Below, piece after piece: positions 1-7,535 of a stretch of 11,430 nt of DNA (the stretch's first letter is position 1; the number at the start of each line of letters is the position of its first letter). Location: NCBI GenBank assembly GCA_039589315.1, contig JBDHHQ010000124.1, positions 1 through 11,430 of the forward strand. Reading direction: 5' to 3'. The DNA is from Gemmatimonadota bacterium (GTDB lineage Bacteria > Gemmatimonadota > Gemmatimonadetes > Longimicrobiales > Gaopeijiaceae). The position numbers were made by a program, and so were the translations under genes. Below the pieces are notes generated by a model. That model was not told the DNA's origin, did no database searches, and saw nothing but the letters and a program-made list of their open reading frames with translations.

Positions 1-2
1 AG

Positions 3-1694
3 CCGGTGACGCGTGTGAGCGTAGCACTCCCCGAAGAGGAGTCGTTACAGTCGGCACCGACCATCCGGTTGGCGATCTCCCCGGACGGATCGCGTCTCGT
101 GTACACGGGACCGAGTGACGGAGGCTCCCATCAGCTCTGGGTTCGCGAGCTGGACGCCCTGCAAGCCCGGCCCCTGCCGGGGACGGAAGAGGCGCAAGCA
201 CCCTCCATCTCGCCCGACGGCCGGTTCGTGGCGTTCGCCAGCCCGGGGGCCAACCTCACCGTCGTTCCCATCGACGGAGGGCCGCCGCGGACGGTCGTGT
301 CTCAAGGGGTCAGCCCGTGGGGCACGGCGTGGGGTCCGGATGGGATGCTCTACTTCGCGGGGGGGACCGGCGGTCTCCACCGGGTGCCCGTCGGAGGGGG
401 ATCCGTCGAGCAGCTGAGCGAACCGGACTCCAGCCAAGGGATTATGGAGCACGATTGGCCCGACGTGCTTCCTGACGGGCGTGCCGCGCTGGTGGCGGCA
501 TGGAAGGGCAGCGTCCAGGACGTGATGGTCAGCGTCGTGATCTTCGAGACCGGCGAGGTGCGCCCTTTGGTCACAGGGGTCTATGCCCGCTACCTCCCTC
601 CGGGTTACCTCGTGTTCATGACGCGCGACGGAACGCTGAGCGTTGCCCCGTTCGATACCGATCGCCTCGAGCTCGCTGGGCCGGCAACTGCGATCGTCGA
701 AGGAGTACGTATCGAGAGCAACAGCGGGACCGGGCAGTTCGCGATAGCCGAAGTGGGCACGCTCATCTATCAGGGCGGGGACGGCCAGCGAGAACAGCCG
801 GTGTGGATAACCCGGGATGGGGCCGCGACGCCGATCGACACGACGTGGTGGGCGGACTTCAACTCGCTCGCGCTCTCGCCGGACGGTAGCCGGCTGGCGG
901 TGAGCATCGTCGATGAGACCGGCGAGCATGTTTGGGTAAAGCAACTGGACAGCGGGCCGCTCACCCGGCTGACGTTCGAGGGGTCGACGAACTACCGACC
1001 CGCCTGGACCCCGGATGGCCGCTTCGTCCTGTTTGTGAGTACGCGGACGCAGGGTCGGCGAGAGGTATGGCGCAAACGGGCCGACGGCAGCGCCCAGGCG
1101 GAACTCGTGATTCAGAATGTTGGGGCTGTCGACGAGGTGCTTGTCGCCGAGGATGGCGAATCGTTCGTGTATCGGATCGGGAGCGGTGGGACCGCCACGC
1201 GGGATCTGGCATTGATTCGCCCCGGGACCGACACCGCGCCGCAGCCGCTCGTCGAGTCGCGGTTCGATGAGTTTGCCCCGGCGCTGTCGCCCAATGGGCG
1301 CTGGTTGGCCTACGTCTCGAATGAATCAGGCAATCAGGAGGTGTACGTCCGACCGTTTCCGGAGACGACCGCTGCGCGATGGCTGGTATCGGTTGACGGC
1401 GGGAGCGAGCCGCTCTGGGGACCGCGCGGTGCAGATTTGTTCTACCGAACTGTTCGGGGCGACGCCATGGTCGTGGAGGTGACCTCCGGGCCCACGTTCG
1501 CGTACGGCACGCCGCGGCTGTTGTTCCGGGGTCCGGAGTACGGCACGGACCTCTACCACTCGATGTGGGACGTCGCCCCCGGCGGAGAGCGCTTCGTGAT
1601 GATACGGGGGGAGGGGGCCGAAGACACCGAATTGGTGCTCGTCTTGAATTGGCTGGAAGAGCTGAAAGATCGGTTGGGCTCGAACAGTCCTTGA
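3..1694 (+). CDS. TolB-like/PD40 beta-propeller protein, 5'-partial; probably the C-terminal region of a Ser/Thr protein kinase
   Basis: Frame is open from the window edge to TGA at 1692-1694. Repeated PD40-type blades: AISPDGSRLVY, PSISPDGRFVAF, ALSPDGSRLAV, PAWTPDGRFVLF, PALSPNGRWLAYVSNESG. The C-terminal LVLVLNWLEELK is typical of kinase-propeller proteins. The kinase domain is not in the window and is inferred. Confidence 0.85.
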   Translation, partial: PVTRVSVALPEEESLQSAPTIRLAISPDGSRLVYTGPSDGGSHQLWVRELDALQARPLPGTEEAQAPSISPDGRFVAFASPGANLTVVPIDGGPPRTVVSQGVSPWGTAWGPDGMLYFAGGTGGLHRVPVGGGSVEQLSEPDSSQGIMEHDWPDVLPDGRAALVAAWKGSVQDVMVSVVIFETGEVRPLVTGVYARYLPPGYLVFMTRDGTLSVAPFDTDRLELAGPATAIVEGVRIESNSGTGQFAIAEVGTLIYQGGDGQREQPVWITRDGAATPIDTTWWADFNSLALSPDGSRLAVSIVDETGEHVWVKQLDSGPLTRLTFEGSTNYRPAWTPDGRFVLFVSTRTQGRREVWRKRADGSAQAELVIQNVGAVDEVLVAEDGESFVYRIGSGGTATRDLALIRPGTDTAPQPLVESRFDEFAPALSPNGRWLAYVSNESGNQEVYVRPFPETTAARWLVSVDGGSEPLWGPRGADLFYRTVRGDAMVVEVTSGPTFAYGTPRLLFRGPEYGTDLYHSMWDVAPGGERFVMIRGEGAEDTELVLVLNWLEELKDRLGSNSP

Positions 1695-1897
1695 CGCCGC
1701 CTACGCGCTTCCGGCTCTTGGGCGTTGCGAGCCCAACTGACCCACTGAATCCCCGACAACGCGTGAACCCCATTCAGTATTCGACCGGTTCCGGAGCACG
1801 CAAGCTACCGGAGACCCGCCTCGGATGAGTTGGCGGGAAGCGCCGGAACGTGCTACGGTTCGGCCAGCCGGCCCGATCGCCATTGGAGCGAGCCGTC

Positions 1898-3634
1898 GTG
1901 CCCTCACCCTTGGATCGTCTGAAGGAGCGCAAGCTCGTCGAGTGGACGCTGGCGTATCTCGCCGGCGCCTGGTTGGTCATGCAGCTGGTCGAGGTGCTGG
2001 CGGACCGCTGGCCACTCCCGTTGGGTCTGCAGCGTGGGATCGACGTACTGCTCATCGTCGGGTTCTTCGTCGCCTTGACGCTCGCGTGGTATCACGGCGA
2101 GAAGGGCCGGCAACGGGTGACGGGGCCAGAGTTGTTGATTCTGGCGGTGCTGCTTTTCATCGGTGGGACGTTGCTCGCGTTCCTCAGGCCCGAGGAACGC
2201 GCGGCCGACGTCCTCCCCGACCGGTCGGTTCCCATGGCCTCCTCCCCGGCGGAGGACGCTCCGGGAATCGCGGTGATACCGTTCAGGAATCTGTCGGGCG
2301 ATCCCGAGCAGGAGTACCTCGTGGCGGGCATGCACGAGGCACTGATCAGCAGCCTCTCCCAGATCGAAGCCCTGAGGGTGATCTCCCGCACGTCGGTGAT
2401 GCGGTACGCGGACACGGAGCAGTCGGTCCCCGAGATCGCCAACGAATTGAGTGTCGACGCGGTCATCGAGGGATCGGTGAACCCCGTCGGTGACCGCGTG
2501 CGCATCACGGTGCAGCTCATAAACGGACACACCGACGGGCATATCTGGGCTGAGGAGTACGACCGCGATCTCCGGGACGTACTCATCCTGGTGAGCCAGG
2601 TGGCCGGATCGGTCGCCGAGCAGGTCGAGGTGGCCCTCGCGCCCGAGGATGCCGAGTTGCTCACCTCCGCCGGTCGCGTCGATCCGGAGCTCTACGACCT
2701 CTACATGCGAGGGCGGTTCTTCTACGGCCAGTTCACCGACGACGGGCTGGCACGCTCCATCGAGACCTTCGAGCGGGCCATCGGAATCGACTCCACATTC
2801 GCCCCCGCCTGGGCAGGACTCGCCGGCGCGCACGTGCTGCGCATCTACCGGGGCTTCGCGACGGCCAGAGAGAGCACTCCACACGCCGAGCGCGCAGCGG
2901 TTCGCGCCGTGGAGCTCGACGAGGATCTCGCCGTGGCCCACACGGCTCTCGGGTGGGTGCGATTCCTCCAGTGGCGCTGGGAAGACATGCGTCTGGACTT
3001 GGAGACGGCACTGTCCCTGAACCCCAACGACCCGGACGCCCTTCACGGGTTCGGGGATTATCTGACCATCACCGGAAGCGCCGACGACGGACTGGTCTAT
3101 GTCAGGAAAGCCACGGACAACGACCCGTTCTCGCCCCTCTGGCGCACCACGGTCGTAGGGCACCTCCACATGATGGGCAGGTTCGAGGAGGCGATCGCTG
3201 AGGCGGACCAGCTCCTGGAGCTTCATCCAGAAGTGCCCATCTGGGGGTGGCGTGGCCATTCCAATTGGCAGCTCGGGCGCCTCGAAGAGGCGATCGCCGA
3301 CTATCGGAGGTTGTTGGCTCGTCGGCCTGAGCAGCTGGAGGTTCTCGAAGAGGGCTACGCGAGCGGGGGGCCGAGAGGGGCGCTCCGTGCCTACACGGAT
3401 GCGACCGCAGAAGCGGCGGAGGGGTCCGGCAGGGGCGCGCTCGGCGTGGCCTACCGGTACGCCCGTCTGGGAGATGCGTCCAAGGCACTGGCATGGATCG
3501 AGCGAGGCTTCGAGCAGCGCACCCCGGATCTGGCTTACCTCGGCGTGAGGCCGGAGTTCGAGTTCCTGCGTTCCGCCCCCGTTTTCCTCCGTCTACTCCA
3601 GCAGTTGGGACTGCCGGCCCCGACCAGCGGCTAG
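1898..3634 (+). CDS. Membrane-anchored TolB_N-like domain + TPR-repeat protein (578 aa)
   Basis: Start placed at GTG 1898, with GGAG at 1885-1888. About three N-terminal hydrophobic helices, then IAVIPFRNLSGDPEQEYLVAGMHEALISSLSQIEALRVISRTSVMRY (the TolB_N-like module usually fused to cyclases/kinases), then TPR helices (FAPAWAGLA, ALSLNPNDPDALH, GRFEEAIAE, GRLEEAIADY). Confidence 0.88.
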   Translation: MPSPLDRLKERKLVEWTLAYLAGAWLVMQLVEVLADRWPLPLGLQRGIDVLLIVGFFVALTLAWYHGEKGRQRVTGPELLILAVLLFIGGTLLAFLRPEERAADVLPDRSVPMASSPAEDAPGIAVIPFRNLSGDPEQEYLVAGMHEALISSLSQIEALRVISRTSVMRYADTEQSVPEIANELSVDAVIEGSVNPVGDRVRITVQLINGHTDGHIWAEEYDRDLRDVLILVSQVAGSVAEQVEVALAPEDAELLTSAGRVDPELYDLYMRGRFFYGQFTDDGLARSIETFERAIGIDSTFAPAWAGLAGAHVLRIYRGFATARESTPHAERAAVRAVELDEDLAVAHTALGWVRFLQWRWEDMRLDLETALSLNPNDPDALHGFGDYLTITGSADDGLVYVRKATDNDPFSPLWRTTVVGHLHMMGRFEEAIAEADQLLELHPEVPIWGWRGHSNWQLGRLEEAIADYRRLLARRPEQLEVLEEGYASGGPRGALRAYTDATAEAAEGSGRGALGVAYRYARLGDASKALAWIERGFEQRTPDLAYLGVRPEFEFLRSAPVFLRLLQQLGLPAPTSG

Positions 3635-3990
3635 AACGTCACTCCGGCGACCTCTTGGACCCCGTTCGCGCTCAGGGGGCCCGCGCATTCGGCATTCCAG
3701 GGCGTTTGCGCGCTGTTCTGGGCGTCGGCCGTTTGCGCACTTGGCCCGACACGCCGCGGCGCAACGCCGCGTGGGCCTCCCCAACCTGTCCCGGCGCGAA
3801 GCAGCAGTGACCGTCCAGCGCTCCTGTCGCACTGGTTGGGCGGGTGGTGTGTTCGGGCTGGATGAATCGTGCGCGCGGAGCCGCCTTACCGTATCCTGGG
3901 GACTCTGTCTCCCGCTGGGCCGAACCTTCAGTAGCGGCTCCACGGGACTACACTCCTTTCCGCACAGATCGTAGTGGTGGGACGCCCGCG

Positions 3991-5334
3991 ATGCCCAAGA
4001 TCACCTGCCTGCCGGACAACAAGAGCATCGAGATCGGCGACGAGGAGACGATCCTCGACGCGACGCTCCGAGCCAACATCGCCCACGCCCACGCGTGTGG
4101 GGGTCGCGCCAAATGCTCGACGTGCCGTGTGTGGATCCTGGACGGGCTGGAGCATGTGGTCGAGCAGACCGATCAGGAGCTCTCACTCTCGGAGCCGTTG
4201 GGCTTCGGACCCGAAGTGCGACTGGCCTGCCAAGCCAAGGTCGTCGGAGACGTCAAGCTGCGGAGACTCGTTCTCGACGAAACAGATCTCGAAATCACGA
4301 GCCAGCTCGCCAGAAAGAGGCTGGGGTTGGCTGGCGAAAGCAAAAGGGTGTCCGTTCTCTTCTGCGACATCAGAGGCTTCACCCATCTGACCGAAACGTT
4401 GTCGGCGTACGACGTCGTCTTCGTGCTGAGTCGCTATTTTTATCATGTGGGCGAGGCCATCGAGGTCAATGGTGGCTACATCGTCGACTTCTACGGCGAC
4501 GGCGTAATGGCACTGTTCGGCGTAGATGATGACCCCTTGGCCCCACTTCGAAGTGTGAAGGCCGGGCTCGACATCTTGGAAGCCGTGGATCGCTTCCGGC
4601 CGTACATGCAGTCGATGTACGGGCAGGGATTCGAGGTGGGCGTCGGGCTCCATTACGGACCAGCAGTGATCGGTACAGTCGGATCGGCCATGCGAGAGAA
4701 GCTCACAGCCATCGGCGACACGGTGAACATCGCGAACCGGGTGGAGGCGGCGAACAAGGAGTCCGGCACCAGCATGCTCATCTCCGACGACCTCTACGAC
4801 GAGGTCGAGGCTCACGTCGAGGTTGGCGATTTCCTGCGGGTCAGGCTGAGGGGTTCGAGCGAGCGGCGGAGCCTCTACGAGATCTCTGGGCTGACTCCGT
4901 CAGGTGTCGCCCTTACCGCCCCGAGCGGAGCGGAGGACGAGACAAGGGAGCGGTACGCCGGCCGCGACTGGATCCGTGTGCTCCCGGAGGCCGAGCTGCC
5001 CATGGGCCACCGCAAGGTCGTGGAGCTCGATGGCCTGGATCTGCTAATCCTCCACTCCAAGCGGAGAATCCATGCGATCAACAACGCCTGTCCCCACCTG
5101 AAGCTGCCGCTCAGCGACAGCACGGTCACGGACGAGGAGACGATCGTCTGCCGTTGGCACGAGAGTCGTTTCGATTTGAGTTCTGGCGAGATCCTGGAGT
5201 GGTGTCCGGCCCTGGCGGACGATGGCACCCCGAAGGGAATGGAGCATCTAGGAAACGTCAGCAAGAACCGGACACCGATGAGCCCCTTTCCCGTGAGAGC
5301 TCACGATGGGCATATCTGGGTGGCAATCGATTAG
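3991..5334 (+). CDS. Class III adenylate/guanylate cyclase with N-terminal [2Fe-2S] ferredoxin domain and C-terminal Rieske domain (447 aa)
   Basis: ATG 3991 begins the ferredoxin fold. Fer2 motif CGGRAKCSTC...RLAC; cyclase motifs VLFCDIRGFT, FYGDGVMALFG, GVGLHYG, TAIGDTVNIANRVE; Rieske motif CPH-x17-CRWH. Confidence 0.92.
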   Translation: MPKITCLPDNKSIEIGDEETILDATLRANIAHAHACGGRAKCSTCRVWILDGLEHVVEQTDQELSLSEPLGFGPEVRLACQAKVVGDVKLRRLVLDETDLEITSQLARKRLGLAGESKRVSVLFCDIRGFTHLTETLSAYDVVFVLSRYFYHVGEAIEVNGGYIVDFYGDGVMALFGVDDDPLAPLRSVKAGLDILEAVDRFRPYMQSMYGQGFEVGVGLHYGPAVIGTVGSAMREKLTAIGDTVNIANRVEAANKESGTSMLISDDLYDEVEAHVEVGDFLRVRLRGSSERRSLYEISGLTPSGVALTAPSGAEDETRERYAGRDWIRVLPEAELPMGHRKVVELDGLDLLILHSKRRIHAINNACPHLKLPLSDSTVTDEETIVCRWHESRFDLSSGEILEWCPALADDGTPKGMEHLGNVSKNRTPMSPFPVRAHDGHIWVAID

Positions 5335-5377
5335 CGGGTGCGCTACGCCGGGCCATATCGGTCGGCCGCGGTGACGA

Positions 5378-5665
5378 CTATGTAACCCGGCCTCCCTGAT
5401 CGTCAGGCTCACTGGCCTCCCCCTCCCGGTCACGGCCGAATCCCTCGTCCATGATACGCGCCTGGAGTGCCTGTAGCCTCGCGACATCCCCGGATCCCGC
5501 GCACAGAGTCTCCCGTGCGAGCGTGCCTAGCCTTGCCATTTGTGCGGCGTACTGCCGGCAGCGCCTGCAATAGAGCAGGTGAAGCCGAGTCAGCACGCGC
5601 GTCGGCCACGATGCGCGCTCCAGCTCTTCACTCGAGATCCGAAACGCCACGTCTCGGCACTTCAT
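5378..5665 (-). CDS. Zinc-binding anti-sigma factor (zf-HC2/ZAS type), short and soluble
   Basis: MKCRDVAFRIS...RLHLLYCRRCRQY has the N-terminal Cys and the HxxxCxxC motif. It lies directly downstream of a sigma factor 3' end. GGAGG (5680-5676) precedes ATG 5665; an alternative ATG at 5674 overlaps the sigma stop (ATGA). Confidence 0.85.
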   Translation of the reverse strand: MKCRDVAFRISSEELERASWPTRVLTRLHLLYCRRCRQYAAQMARLGTLARETLCAGSGDVARLQALQARIMDEGFGRDREGEASEPDDQGGRVT

Positions 5666-5670
5666 CAAGC

Positions 5671-5936
5671 TCATCCCTCCAGGCCTTTCATCTCGAGACA
5701 CCGGCGTAACCACGTCCGCGCCCGGTGGAGCAGCACTCCCAGGTTTGTGCGCGTGACGTCCAGGATCTTACAGATCTCATTCGACTCCAGGCCCTCGACC
5801 TCACGAAGCGTGAATGCCATCCGCTGCTTCGTCGATACCTGATCCAAACAGGATTCGATGCCTTGACGGACCTCGGAGGCGTAGACCGCCGCGTCGGTGG
5901 GCCGCGGCGGTCGGGCCCAGTTGCCGGCGGCGTCAA
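5671..5936 (-). pseudogene. ECF sigma-70 factor, 5'-truncated remnant (linker + region 4 only)
   Basis: DAAGNWARPP...IESCLDQVSTKQRMAFTLREVEGLESNEICKILDVTRTNLGVLLHRARTWLRRCLE is an ECF region 4. Upstream of about 5936 the frame continues only as antisense of foreign sequence, and no region 2 is visible. Confidence 0.85.
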
Positions 5937-6008
5937 TGATGGCCGGCGGACCAGGACGTACGGGACTTCGCCAGGGAGCACGGGCTGGATACGGCCGAGG
6001 AGGCGCTG

Positions 6009-7152
6009 GCCTACCTGCGGTGCGGCATCCTTGCCCACGGCTTCGGGCGGCCCGCTGCGCCCGTTGCCGCCACGAGTTCCTGGTAGCGTTCAGTTGCAAG
6101 GGCCGAGGCGTCTGTCCGTCCTGCGACGCGCGTCGCATGGTGGAGACCGCCGCCCATCTCACCGACAACGTCCTGCCCCCGCTGCCCGTCCGTCAGTGGG
6201 TGCTGTCGGTCCCGGACAACGCTTCGCGCGGTGCCCGGATTCGCCCCTTCCTCCACCACAACCCGGCCATCGCCAGCTCGGTGCTCCGCATCTTTCTCCG
6301 GGCCATCCGTTCCACGCTCCGCCGCGCGAGTCCCGGAGCCAGCCCTCGAGCCCAGATCGGCGCCGTCTCCTTCCTGCACCGGTTCGGCTCGGCCCTCAAC
6401 GCCCACTTCCACTGCCACGTCTGCGTCATCGACGGCGTGTTCGGTGTGGATCCGCACGGTGGCGCCCGCTTCCACGAGGCCACCCATCTCACTCCGTCCG
6501 ATTGGCAACAACTCCAGCAGACCGTTCGCCAGCGCGTGCTTCGGTACTTCCACCGCCACGGTCTACTCGAGCGCCACGTCACCGACGACATGCGCAGCTG
6601 GCAGGCCTCGGGAGGGTTCAGCGTCGATGCGTCGGTGCACATCCCCGCCTGGGACCGAGCGGGGCTAGAACGCCTGCTCCGGTATTGCGCGCGCCCGCCG
6701 TTCGCTCTCCAACGACTCGAGCTCCGGGCCCACGGCGAGGCCGACGCCGGCTCCACACGCGTCGTCTACCGCCTCCCACGTCCCACGCCCGATGGCTCCA
6801 CGGCGCTCTCGCTCACGCCCCTCGAGACCCTCCAGCGCCTCGCCCTGCTCATCCCCCCGCCCCGCCTCCATCGCCAACGCTATCACGGCGTGTTGGCCCC
6901 CAACGCTCGCTTGCGGCCACTCGTCGTCGCCATGGGGCGCGACTCCGACCACGCGTCGCCACCGGAACACTCCGACCCGGCGCGGACCCCGCATTCACAA
7001 ACCTCCACCCCTCGCTCCGGCCCGGGGGACCACCCCAAACCGATCTCCTCACGGGGCTCGTCGATCAGTCCCCCACCTTCGATCCGTCCGAGCCCGACCC
7101 CGTCCCGGACTTCGACTTCGACCAGTCCGTGCCTGACGAGTCCAGCGCCTGA
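6009..7152 (+). pseudogene. IS91-family (HUH) transposase pseudogene
   Basis: AYLRCGILAHGF (6009-6044) is one frame off from RCARCRHEFLVAFSCKGRGVCPSC. Then PVRQWVLSVP, HRFGSALNAHFHCHV (HUH), GGFSVDA, LERLLRYCARPP, LIPPPRLHRQRYHGVLAPN. Tail pieces PPPLAPARG and GPPQ...DQSPTFDPSEPDPVPDFDFDQS* lie in two further frames. Confidence 0.88.
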
Positions 7153-7320
7153 GTCCAGGCGCCCGTCGGCTCCGCGCTCCCAGCTCGATCCCTGCCCATC
7201 TTCGCATCTTGGCGTCTCAATTCACATTCCCCTTCCACCCAGCGTCCGAGAACACCCCCCAAGCCCTCGCCAGAACCCCAACCGCCCTTCCCTTCTCACC
7301 TCAGCTTCCGCCCAGTAAAC

Positions 7321-7339
7321 CCGTTTGGATGTCCCATCC
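7321..7339 (+). other. oriIS-like terminus of the IS91/ISCR element
   Basis: CCGTTTGGATGTCCCATCC lies about 170 nt downstream of the transposase stop and matches the ISCR oriIS motif as I recall it (GCGTTTGAACTTCCTATAC) at 13/19 positions. Confidence 0.65.
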
Positions 7340-7444
7340 GTCGACGGTGTTCCGAGGGTCTCCGGCGGAACGCCGCGTCCGTTTCATGAAACATGCGCCT
7401 CCGGGGGCCATGCACCTCAGTGCGATCCCGTAATTGCGCTAGGA

Positions 7445-7481
7445 CAACCGGTTACACGAAGAGCTCTTCTTTGTTCGGTTG
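7445..7481. promoter_or_regulatory. Imperfect inverted repeat, candidate operator upstream of the lipoprotein operon
   Basis: CAACCG (7445-7450) and CGGTTG (7476-7481) flank a perfect 12-bp palindrome GAAGAGCTCTTC (7458-7469), about 55 nt before ATG 7536. Confidence 0.35.
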
Positions 7482-7535
7482 CGGTACGGCGGCTGCATCA
7501 CACCCGGCAAACCCTGCCAACCAGGAGAGGAACAG

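Larger units (their letters stand above)
6009..7340 (+). mobile_element. Decayed IS91/ISCR-like rolling-circle element, 5'-truncated
   Basis: Transposase remnant 6009-7152, followed by a C-rich spacer and an oriIS-like end at 7321-7339. No 5' part or terIS is recognisable. Confidence 0.82.

Noticed and set aside
1718..1778. Short inverted repeats TTGGGC/GCCCAA and ACTGAAT/ATTCAGT
   Set aside because: Stems of 6-7 bp with no U-tract; not distinguishable from chance.
1904..3259. 451-aa minus-strand ORF (likewise 45-944, 4183-4815 and 9319-10437)
   Set aside because: Antisense shadows of well-supported plus-strand genes.
3855..3941. Faint likeness to the c-di-AMP (ydaO) riboswitch (GGATGAATC, CCGAACC..CAG)
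   Set aside because: The 5' conserved blocks are missing and the 3' block is too degenerate.
3844..3990. Longer N-terminal extensions from the ORF track (starts 3844, 1850, 7479, 9358)
   Set aside because: Downstream starts coincide with domain or signal-peptide beginnings, and at 1898 and 7536 with clear Shine-Dalgarno motifs.
5671..6168. 165-aa ORF as a complete sigma factor
   Set aside because: The first ~77 codons are antisense of transposase and junction DNA; no region 2 is present.
5725..7318. ORFs 5725-7152 and 5897-7318 as intact genes
   Set aside because: Each holds only part of the frameshifted transposase; their N-termini are antisense of the sigma remnant.
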